Part shown: in pieces, positions 1 to 6,954 of the stretch
Numbering within the stretch: the stretch's first letter is position 1
How the letters are laid out: each line of letters starts with the position of its first letter
From: an uncultured Candidatus Saccharibacteria bacterium
Lineage (GTDB): Bacteria; Patescibacteriota; UBA1384; XYA2-FULL-43-10; 1-14-0-10-43-13
Length of the DNA: 32,000 nt
Direction of reading: 5' to 3'
NCBI GenBank assembly: GCA_964543385.1
Contig: CAZIYE010000001.1
Location: 300,001 to 332,000, forward strand
Position numbers and translations under genes: made by a program
Notes under the pieces: model-generated
The model's database searches: none
The model's input: the letters and a program-made list of their open reading frames with translations, nothing else
What the model was told of the DNA's origin: nothing

Positions 1-877
1 CATCTTGGTATTTCTTATCAAGCTCGAGAGATAAATTCTTTTTGATAGCCTCTATTAGTTCATCAGCATTCTTTTGGCCAAAATCAGCAGCAAATGTATC
101 ATCAATAGGTGGTAATTTTACTTCCTTTAGATTGATAATATCAACTGAAAATTCAGCCTCTTTGCCAGCGTACTCCTTAGCATGATAATCTTTTGGAAAC
201 TTTATTTTAAATGTCTTTTTCTCACCCTTTTTCATTCCAACTATTTGCTCCTCAAAGCCAGGGATAAGGGATTTTTCACCGAGTATCAAGGGATGATTTT
301 TTGAACACATGGAATCAATCTTGACTCCCTTTAGACTTCCTTCAAAGGACACTTCTACCCAATCACCGTCTTTGGCCTCACGATCTATTTCGACGAAAGA
401 AGCTTTTTGTTTTTGAAGATTATCTAATATCTTCTTTATGTCTTCCTCTTTTACCTCTTCTTTTTTTGGTTTTTCGATTTTGATTTTTGAATAATCAGCA
501 AGAGTTACTTCGGGAAAAACCATAATCTCCATCTCAAACTCAAGTGGATTAGCTATTTCTTCCTCTGTTTCGCCATAATTTGGATACTTATTGATTTTTA
601 TAGAAGGAGAAGACATCGAGCTCAAATTATTTTCTTTGAGCGCCTTAAGATAACCTTCACTTATCGCCTGATCCAATCCTTCACCTAAAATCCGAGATAC
701 ACCAATAGTGCTTTCAATAAGTTTTCTAGGAGCTTTGCCAGGACGAAATCCAGGAAGTTTTGCTGTAGGTGCGACATGTTCATAAGCATGGTTAAAATGC
801 TTAATCATTTCCTTTGGCTCGAGAGTTATAACAAGCTTTACTTTGCTCTGTTTCAATCTTTCAACTTTTATTTCCAT
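1..877 (-). CDS. tig: Trigger factor, N-terminal ~292 codons (gene runs off the left edge)
   Basis: My own reverse-strand translation from ATG 877-875 gives MEIKVERLKQSKVKLVITLEPKEMIKHFNHAYEHVAPTAKLPGFRPGKAPRKLIE... It contains the GFRxGxxP ribosome-docking signature. The frame stays open to base 2. It is absent from the ORF track because no stop lies in the window. An AAAGG lies just upstream of the ATG. Confidence 0.85.
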   Translation of the reverse strand, partial: MEIKVERLKQSKVKLVITLEPKEMIKHFNHAYEHVAPTAKLPGFRPGKAPRKLIESTIGVSRILGEGLDQAISEGYLKALKENNLSSMSSPSIKINKYPNYGETEEEIANPLEFEMEIMVFPEVTLADYSKIKIEKPKKEEVKEEDIKKILDNLQKQKASFVEIDREAKDGDWVEVSFEGSLKGVKIDSMCSKNHPLILGEKSLIPGFEEQIVGMKKGEKKTFKIKFPKDYHAKEYAGKEAEFSVDIINLKEVKLPPIDDTFAADFGQKNADELIEAIKKNLSLELDKKYQD

Positions 878-1009
878 AAAACCTTTCAACTTATTATTCC
901 GGAATCTTGTCTTAACCCAAGCCAAGACCAATAATCAGGAATCTATTTGATATATTTAATATTAGATAAATCTAGGGTGACACTTTATTATCGAAGTAAC
1001 CATAACATA

Positions 1010-1038
1010 TTGTTTTCACCTTTTAAAGGTGAAAACAA
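1010..1038. repeat. Perfect palindrome with 14-nt arms (TTGTTTTCACCTTT T AAAGGTGAAAACAA)
   Basis: Read directly from the sequence. The arms are exact reverse complements. It abuts the hairpin at 1039-1071. Confidence 0.7.
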
Positions 1039-1071
1039 CTGTTGCCGCCTCCGAGGTGGGAGCGGCAACAG
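1031..1071 (-). terminator. Probable intrinsic terminator of the upstream minus-strand operon
   Basis: A 10-bp GC-rich stem CTGTTGCCGC/GCGGCAACAG (1039-1048 / 1062-1071) has a 13-nt loop. On the minus strand it is followed by UUGUUUU. Confidence 0.55.
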
Positions 1072-1084
1072 GTACAAGTGGCAA

Positions 1085-1351
1085 CTATTTTTCCTCCTTG
1101 AGAGGACATTTAGATTTGCCACAAGGATAGACTAATAGCCCATCCTGTTCAGACTCTTCGATGGACTGCTGAAAATCATGTTCCGCGCTGGAATCATCAG
1201 TCAACAGACCATGCCCATCACAGGGACATTGACGGCATTGCTGCTTACGTCGTCGATCTACTCTCACCGCTAGCCTCCTGACACCCAAGCGCAGTTGAAT
1301 TGCGTTGATAGTGCTGAAAACACAGTACAACAAAAGCACTAGATTGTCCAT
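1085..1351 (-). CDS. Hypothetical small protein: N-terminal hydrophobic helix, Arg-rich stretch, CxxCxC...CxxxxC
   Basis: The ORF-track entry is 1085..1354; the ATG is the second codon, at 1351. The region is locally GC-enriched (31/60 in block 1201-1260). No Shine-Dalgarno sequence is visible and no family was recognised. Confidence 0.35.
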   Translation of the reverse strand: MDNLVLLLYCVFSTINAIQLRLGVRRLAVRVDRRRKQQCRQCPCDGHGLLTDDSSAEHDFQQSIEESEQDGLLVYPCGKSKCPLKEEK

Positions 1352-1382
1352 CAATTAAAAGAAAAAGCCAACTAAATATTAA

Positions 1383-2000
1383 TTAGAACGAAATCGTAAT
1401 ATTGTAGTAGTAAAACAAAAACACGATAATAACAACTACTGCAAGTATAATTGATACAACCCATGGCCAAGTTTTACCCTTTGGCTTTTCTTCCTCGCCC
1501 GCAAAGGAAACTTGCTGATCAGTCTCGGCTACAGCAAGCTTAGACGGATCCGATTGAGGCAAAGACGAAACATTTATATTTCCATTATTTGGCAAGCTAA
1601 ATGGCGCACTATTATTCATAGAAGCATCAATTTCTTCAATATTCGGTGGTATAGGAGCACTAGCTTGATCGAAGGAAGGGGACTGCGACACTGCTGAAGC
1701 GGCGACTGAGGCAGCATTTTTGCTCAAATCAACGAGCTCTTTATTATCGATCAGGGGAGTCCCTTGCTCAACGTTTACCGGCGTTGGATTACTAGAAATC
1801 ATAGGAGCAGGTGGCTGAACTTCACTAGCAACAGGGGCAACTTGATCCGCTGTTCCAGGGACCTGGCTTTCCGGCATAAATTCATTGAGTCCGCCAACGA
1901 CTTGCTGAGTATTCGGCAAGACTTCTGGAATAGGAGGCTCGACGATCTGATTTGGCAAATTAGTTTGAGGATTCTGTGGATTTTGAGTATTTTGATCCAT
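1383..2000 (-). CDS. Hypothetical Pro/Gln/Asn-rich low-complexity protein with a C-terminal transmembrane anchor
   Basis: 205-aa ORF with GGAGA upstream of the ATG. The C-terminal WPWVVSIILAVVVIIVFLFYYY segment is hydrophobic. No family was recognised. Confidence 0.6.
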   Translation of the reverse strand: MDQNTQNPQNPQTNLPNQIVEPPIPEVLPNTQQVVGGLNEFMPESQVPGTADQVAPVASEVQPPAPMISSNPTPVNVEQGTPLIDNKELVDLSKNAASVAASAVSQSPSFDQASAPIPPNIEEIDASMNNSAPFSLPNNGNINVSSLPQSDPSKLAVAETDQQVSFAGEEEKPKGKTWPWVVSIILAVVVIIVFLFYYYNITISF

Positions 2001-2018
2001 TATTTCTCCAATTTTATT

Positions 2019-2978
2019 TTAATCAATATTTTTTAGTAAACCTTTTTGCGCACCGATATTCTGTATGACGGAAACTGAGTTTTCTATCCCCCACCTCAAA
2101 GCATCTTTGACCGATTCCTGAGGTATATCTGTTTTCCAATCTTCCTTCAGAAGTCTCCCGAGAAAACCAATAGCAAACGCATCTCCAGCGCCAGTAGAAT
2201 CAGTTACTTGTACAGGACGAGAATTGACGTTATAGAATTCTTTGCCGTCATACGCCTTTGCGCCCTCTTTACCATTTGTCACTACGACTATCTTGGGCCC
2301 ATATGAATATAATTTCATCATTAGCTCTTCAATCTGCGGTCGAACTGGGAAATCAACAAATTTCACCGCCTCCTCTTTATTCAAAAACAGTATCGAAGTG
2401 CATTTCAGAAGATGGCGAAAATGGCTAGCACCTTTTGCAATCTGAATTGAGCCAGGATTCCAAGCAATAAACGAGCCGTTTTCGGCCACATCTTTTACCA
2501 TTCTTTTCTCGATTTCCTCAGTATTATCCCCCATTGGTGCCACAAAATACCATTTCGAATTCAAACCCTTCTTTATCTTCAGACTCTGGTAATCCCTAAC
2601 AGCATGATATGTAAAGATTGTTCTCTCTCCATTTATATTAAAAATTACTGAGAAACCTGTTTGCGATTTATTATCTACAATTATATTGTAGCGATCGACG
2701 CCCTCTTCATCCAGTCGATCTAAAACCCTATTCATCGGTGTATCATCACCAAGCAAAGTGACTATACTAGCCTTATATCCTAATCGAGAAAAACCAACCG
2801 CTGCGTTGCAAGCAGAACCACCAATCTCATAATTAACACTTTTCAATGGTATCTTTTCGCCAAACTCAAAAGTAATGCCCCTGCCGGAGCCCAAAGTTCT
2901 TTCAGAATGCACCTTCAAATCAGGAGAAACAAATACATCCTCGAAAGCATCACCAATTGTTGTAATATCAAATTTCAT
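2019..2978 (-). CDS. PfkB-family (ribokinase-like) sugar or sugar-phosphate kinase
   Basis: 319 aa with the C-terminal TGAGDAF signature typical of PfkB kinases and a GG dipeptide region (EIGGSACN). Its start overlaps the fba stop by 11 nt. Confidence 0.85.
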   Translation of the reverse strand: MKFDITTIGDAFEDVFVSPDLKVHSERTLGSGRGITFEFGEKIPLKSVNYEIGGSACNAAVGFSRLGYKASIVTLLGDDTPMNRVLDRLDEEGVDRYNIIVDNKSQTGFSVIFNINGERTIFTYHAVRDYQSLKIKKGLNSKWYFVAPMGDNTEEIEKRMVKDVAENGSFIAWNPGSIQIAKGASHFRHLLKCTSILFLNKEEAVKFVDFPVRPQIEELMMKLYSYGPKIVVVTNGKEGAKAYDGKEFYNVNSRPVQVTDSTGAGDAFAIGFLGRLLKEDWKTDIPQESVKDALRWGIENSVSVIQNIGAQKGLLKNID

Positions 2979-3789
2979 GATGAGAAAATAATTTAATATA
3001 TTTTTCGACTACCCTTTTTACTTCTTCCATGCCATCTTTTATCGCTTCTCTATAATCTTGTTCCTCAGAGTGCTCAATTGAATTTGTAAAAGCTTTTCTT
3101 ATATTTGTATCAATATTAAATTTCGATACCCCTATATGTATTGCCTCTCGAATATCACCAACAGAAAGCCCTGAAGCGCCATGCATAACAAGTGGAATCT
3201 CTACAACTTCAGCTATTTTCTTCAATAACTTTAGATCTACCTTTTCACCTTTTGGAGCACCGTGCTCATTGCCAACAGAAACAGCTATAGAGTCAACACC
3301 TGTAAGCTCTATAAATTTTCTTACCTCATCGGGCGCACTATAAACCGCCTTGTGTGATAAATGACCGCCTTCTTCACGAGCGATCACTCCTACTTCAGCT
3401 TCAACCGAAACACCATATTTATGGGCAAAATTCACCACTTTTGATGTCAACGTCACATTTTCATCAAAAGAATATTTTGACCCGTCAAACATTATCGATT
3501 TATATCCAACTCTGACCGCTTCGGCAACAACATGAAAATCCTTAGCATGATCAAGATGGATCGCTGCTTTTATGCCTGTTTCTTTTATTTCATTTGTAAC
3601 AATATCAAATATCTGTGATAGTCCCGCATACTCGATTGCACTAGGCGTCGTCTGAATCAATATCGGCACATCAAAATCAGAGGCAGCAGCACAAATTGCT
3701 TTTGTCACTTCTAAATTATTGGTATTAAAAGCCCCGATGGCATAGCCACCCTCTCGAGCTTTCCTTAATTCTTCAGCAACGTTTATCAT
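2968..3789 (-). CDS. fba: Class II fructose/ketose-1,6-bisphosphate aldolase
   Basis: 273 aa. The N-terminus AREGGYAIGAFNTNNLE plus the HLDH and MHGASG motifs are characteristic of class II aldolases. Confidence 0.9.
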   Translation of the reverse strand: MINVAEELRKAREGGYAIGAFNTNNLEVTKAICAAASDFDVPILIQTTPSAIEYAGLSQIFDIVTNEIKETGIKAAIHLDHAKDFHVVAEAVRVGYKSIMFDGSKYSFDENVTLTSKVVNFAHKYGVSVEAEVGVIAREEGGHLSHKAVYSAPDEVRKFIELTGVDSIAVSVGNEHGAPKGEKVDLKLLKKIAEVVEIPLVMHGASGLSVGDIREAIHIGVSKFNIDTNIRKAFTNSIEHSEEQDYREAIKDGMEEVKRVVEKYIKLFSHHEI

Positions 3790-3832
3790 TTTTTGTTCTA
3801 CTTTATAATTTTATAAACTTTTCACCTTTTAA

Positions 3833-3880
3833 CTATTTCAGTGCTTCTATCACTGGTAATTTTTCGCCAGCTAAAAAGTC
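3833..3880 (-). pseudogene. Orphan relic of a pgk 3' end (15 codons plus stop)
   Basis: The reverse strand reads DFLAGEKLPVIEALK-TAG. The intact pgk C-terminus reads EFLAGEKLPGIQALN-TAA. A 21-nt identical run sits at 3853-3873 and 5254-5274, at the same offset from each stop. An in-frame stop lies just upstream, so it is not part of a live gene. Confidence 0.55.
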
Positions 3881-4023
3881 ATTCCGTGAAATCCCACGCG
3901 GGTGGCGTCGGCATTGCGACTACCACTTGGCCTATTTATCGAAATCAGGCCACCAACACTAAAAAAAACTAAAGATAACCCCGATAATGGCCAAGATCTA
4001 ACCGACTATTTTCATTTTTTCTC

Positions 4024-5217
4024 CTAATTCTCAAAATAAGTTAATGATTTTGCCATCTTATCTAATACCAAAATATCTTGATTCGTTAAATTTTGACGAT
4101 CCCTGTTATAGAGAAAAAAGAGATATTCGCCGGTACCTGGAATAGTAAAAGAAATAGAGTAATATGGCTGGTTTTTGCTTTTTGGGATAATTAGATCAAG
4201 CCCTTGAAATGCAACAGTCTTGTAGCTAGCCAACAATTCATTTCTAGTTTTCAAATTCATTCCTCCGACCTGTATAAGCTCATCCTCTTGATCATTCTTG
4301 TTAAGATAATCCCATAGTGGCGCACTCATTACGTACTTTAGACTGTCAATATACCTAGGGTAATAGGTGTTTGGGTTTATTGCACTTCTCCAGAGGTGAT
4401 AGTAGTAGCTTTGAGAACTTTCCTTGTAGTCCTCTGGCGCATGAATCACCCAGAGATCTTTATTGTCCCAAGAAAAGACATCGCCAAAAGCAGAGAGATA
4501 ATCGCAGCCCAAGTTGTATAGATTGCGCTCTTTGTTATAAGTTGCAAGACTAAAATCTTGCGGGATTTCAATTGAATATTCACTACCCTTCCACTTATAA
4601 ACTCCTGTCTCTGATATGAAGTGGTCGCGAGCCTCTTTATTAAGTTCTTTTGTCGTTTGGTCAAGACCCTCTTGGTATTGCCTGGTAGAAATATTCGTCC
4701 CAATCAAAAAAGTTGCAAGAATCACCAATCCAACTATCCCTAGAATCATCGATTTACGATCATAATTAGTCGGTTCTGTCAGTACGGGAGCCATCGCTAT
4801 TTTAGCAATCATGCGTTTATGTCCCCAGAAAGAGCAAGCCAGAAGGGCAATAATGGCAATAGGGACACTTGCAACAATTTCTGGATAAGCTCGATAGATA
4901 GAAGAGACATCAAGAAGTTGTGTCAGTTTGTACCCTTCACTTGTATCAGCTAGAAATAGCAACGGATACACATAGATGATAAAGGACATATACCAAAAAT
5001 CGTAATAGACATAGCCATAAAAAAATCCGGTGGCTAAAACTATCACTATCATGGAGATGGCAACCACAGATCCAATGCCAGCTAAGGCGCCTCCGCCAGC
5101 GAAGCTAGCTAGCATTCCCAGCACTCCTACCAGCAAAAACAGTAAGCTTGCCACGGCAGCGCATATTACTGCAAATCCCAGAGCCCCAAACAGTCGTATA
5201 AACTTGCATCGGTTCAT
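4024..5217 (-). CDS. Hypothetical polytopic membrane protein (~5 N-terminal TM helices plus a ~220-aa Tyr/Asn-rich C-terminal domain)
   Basis: 397-aa ORF with GGAGAGG upstream of the ATG, 16 nt after the pgk stop. No family was recognised. Confidence 0.7.
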   Translation of the reverse strand: MNRCKFIRLFGALGFAVICAAVASLLFLLVGVLGMLASFAGGGALAGIGSVVAISMIVIVLATGFFYGYVYYDFWYMSFIIYVYPLLFLADTSEGYKLTQLLDVSSIYRAYPEIVASVPIAIIALLACSFWGHKRMIAKIAMAPVLTEPTNYDRKSMILGIVGLVILATFLIGTNISTRQYQEGLDQTTKELNKEARDHFISETGVYKWKGSEYSIEIPQDFSLATYNKERNLYNLGCDYLSAFGDVFSWDNKDLWVIHAPEDYKESSQSYYYHLWRSAINPNTYYPRYIDSLKYVMSAPLWDYLNKNDQEDELIQVGGMNLKTRNELLASYKTVAFQGLDLIIPKSKNQPYYSISFTIPGTGEYLFFLYNRDRQNLTNQDILVLDKMAKSLTYFEN

Positions 5218-5233
5218 AATCCCTCTCCAATTT

Positions 5234-6346
5234 TTAATTTAGCGCTTGTATTCCTGGTAATTTTTCGCCAGCTAGAAACTCTAGTGCGGCACCACCACCT
5301 GTTGATATAAACGATATATTCTTATCAAATCCACCTTTTTTGACCACCCCTACAGTATTGCCGCCAGCAATAATAGTAGTCGCTTTTGATTCATTCATCG
5401 CCTTTGCGATCGATTCTGTCCCTGTACAAGAATTCACACTCTCGCTATAACCAAGATTGCCATTCCAAAAAACCGTTTTTGCCTTTTTTATTTCACCAAT
5501 AAATTCCTCTACTGTCTTGGGGCCAATATCTACAATTTTAAACCCGCAATCTACATCATCTGTTACATAATCAGAAGGCAATATTACCTTATTCTTATAT
5601 TTCTTGAGCATCTTTTCGCATAAATTAACCATGCTCTCACTAAACAAGGATTTACTAATATCCATGCCTTGAGCTTTCAAAAAAGTATTAGCTACTTCTC
5701 CGCCAATCAGAATTTTATTAGCCATAGGTGCCAGTTTATTTAGCATATTAGCCTTATCTTCTACCTTTGCACCGCCTATAATCAGAACAAAAGGATTTTG
5801 AGGTTTTTTGACCTTGCTTAAATTTTCGATTTCAGACTGCAAAAGAAACCCTGCATAGCTGGGCAGATAATGAGCAATCGCCTCTACACTTGAATTTGCA
5901 CGATGTGATACAGCGAAAGCATCGTTGACATATATGTCTGCCAAACTAGCTAATTCCTGAGCAAAAAGAGTGTCATTGTCTTCTTCTCGCTTATCCCAGC
6001 GAAGGTTTTCGAGCACCAATATACCTCCTGGCTGGAGAGCATCAGCAATCTTTTTTACACTCTCTCCATTCACACCTGGTGCCATTGTAACTTTTAGATT
6101 CAATAATCTCTGGAGTTCTTTTGCAATTGGAGCTATCGAGGTATCTGGGCTCGATTTACCATCTGGACGGCCACAGTGAGTACCTATAATAATTTTTGCC
6201 TTTTCACCAACAAGATATTTTATCGTGGGTATTACAGACCTGATTCTATTATTATCACTTATAATCCCATCTTTTATGGGAACATTAAAATCGACTCGTA
6301 AAAATACTTTTTTATAATTTAAATTAGCTTCCTGTAATAATTTCAT
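5234..6346 (-). CDS. pgk: Phosphoglycerate kinase
   Basis: 370 aa. The N-terminus KKVFLRVDFNVP, the C-terminal STGGGAALEFLAG and the GGAKV motif are all present. GGAGG lies upstream. Confidence 0.95.
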   Translation of the reverse strand: MKLLQEANLNYKKVFLRVDFNVPIKDGIISDNNRIRSVIPTIKYLVGEKAKIIIGTHCGRPDGKSSPDTSIAPIAKELQRLLNLKVTMAPGVNGESVKKIADALQPGGILVLENLRWDKREEDNDTLFAQELASLADIYVNDAFAVSHRANSSVEAIAHYLPSYAGFLLQSEIENLSKVKKPQNPFVLIIGGAKVEDKANMLNKLAPMANKILIGGEVANTFLKAQGMDISKSLFSESMVNLCEKMLKKYKNKVILPSDYVTDDVDCGFKIVDIGPKTVEEFIGEIKKAKTVFWNGNLGYSESVNSCTGTESIAKAMNESKATTIIAGGNTVGVVKKGGFDKNISFISTGGGAALEFLAGEKLPGIQALN

Positions 6347-6384
6347 AAACCTCCAAATAGTTTCTCTAAAGTTATTCTACCATT

Positions 6385-6418
6385 TAAGAAAATTGGGAGC
6401 AAACCTATGGCTGCTCCC
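6385..6418 (-). terminator. Intrinsic terminator of the small-ORF pair; the stop codon lies in the loop
   Basis: A 7-bp stem GGGAGCA/TGCTCCC (6395-6401 / 6412-6418) is followed on the minus strand by AAUUUUCUU. Confidence 0.5.
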
Positions 6419-6665
6419 AATCTGACTTCCTAATCGGAACTCCAGCTTGCTCGAGTATTTCGAGTTCGGTGGCTTCGCAATCGACAGTCAGTAATCCGTA
6501 GATCATGGCTGTGATTGAGATAACCGCAATAACTGGTCCGATATCATGATAGCGGTAGATAGTCCACAAAAGTGCAACACTACCGCAGACTAGTACACGC
6601 CTCCTGGCACGTTTTGACCTCCTCTTGAGGTCAGCGATGCACATCAACACATATGCATGTGTCAT
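6405..6665 (-). CDS. Hypothetical small membrane protein (two predicted TM helices, KRRSKRARRR stretch)
   Basis: 86-aa ORF. Its ATG overlaps the upstream TAA by 1 nt (TAATG), suggesting translational coupling. The region is locally GC-enriched. Confidence 0.5.
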   Translation of the reverse strand: MTHAYVLMCIADLKRRSKRARRRVLVCGSVALLWTIYRYHDIGPVIAVISITAMIYGLLTVDCEATELEILEQAGVPIRKSDWEQP

Positions 6666-6856
6666 TATCCGCTCCTCCTCAAGAGTTTCATTCTCTGGTT
6701 ATAGCACAAGGTATCTATCTCCACAAAAACGTAGATGAAGGAAATAGTCCCAAAGATAAACCCAAGGAAGGTGCCAATGGTTATCACAAACGATAGCCAA
6801 AAGGCGGTAATGATGATGCAGATGAGCCGATGGCAATACAGAAGGATCTTTGCCAT
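6665..6856 (-). CDS. Hypothetical small membrane protein (two TM helices, basic C-terminus)
   Basis: 63-aa ORF with a strong GGAGGTG 5 nt upstream of the ATG and an extended -10 TGTTATAAT at 6877-6885 on the minus strand. Confidence 0.5.
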   Translation of the reverse strand: MAKILLYCHRLICIIITAFWLSFVITIGTFLGFIFGTISFIYVFVEIDTLCYNQRMKLLRRSG

Positions 6857-6876
6857 ATCAGCACCTCCGTTTCTTT

Positions 6877-6885
6877 ATTATAACA
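6877..6885 (-). promoter_or_regulatory. Extended -10 promoter element (TGTTATAAT) for the small-ORF pair
   Basis: Read directly from the sequence. It lies ~8 nt upstream of the SD GGAGGTG. Confidence 0.4.
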
Positions 6886-6909
6886 CTTTTTTATATTTTT
6901 ACCAGTATG

Positions 6910-6939
6910 TTGAGATCCTAGTAAGAAAAAGGTTAAAAT
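6910..6939 (+). promoter_or_regulatory. Candidate sigma70-type promoter for the hydrogenase operon (TTGAGA-N18-TAAAAT)
   Basis: Hexamers at 6910-6915 and 6934-6939. GGAGGG precedes the hydB ATG at 6955. Confidence 0.3.
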
Positions 6940-6954
6940 GTAATTGGAGGGTAA

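Noticed and set aside
947-1135. 62-aa plus-strand ORF spanning the hairpin region
   Set aside because: It runs through two strong hairpins and a terminator, has no SD, and gives a nonsense-like translation.
3819-3832. 14-nt motif TTTTCACCTTTTAA shared between the fba upstream region and the palindrome at 1013-1026
   Set aside because: My rough estimate is that several exact 14-mer matches are expected by chance among all position pairs in 32 kb of AT-rich DNA on both strands. There is no extended similarity around it.
3881-3965. GC-rich patch with tRNA-like fragments next to the pgk relic (AAGTGGTAG on the minus strand, GGCCT...AGGCCACCA on the plus strand)
   Set aside because: I could not fold a cloverleaf. 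The D-stem and anticodon stem do not pair, the T-loop would be 13 nt, and there is no TTCGAAT-type loop. At most it is a decayed remnant and cannot be supported as a tRNA.
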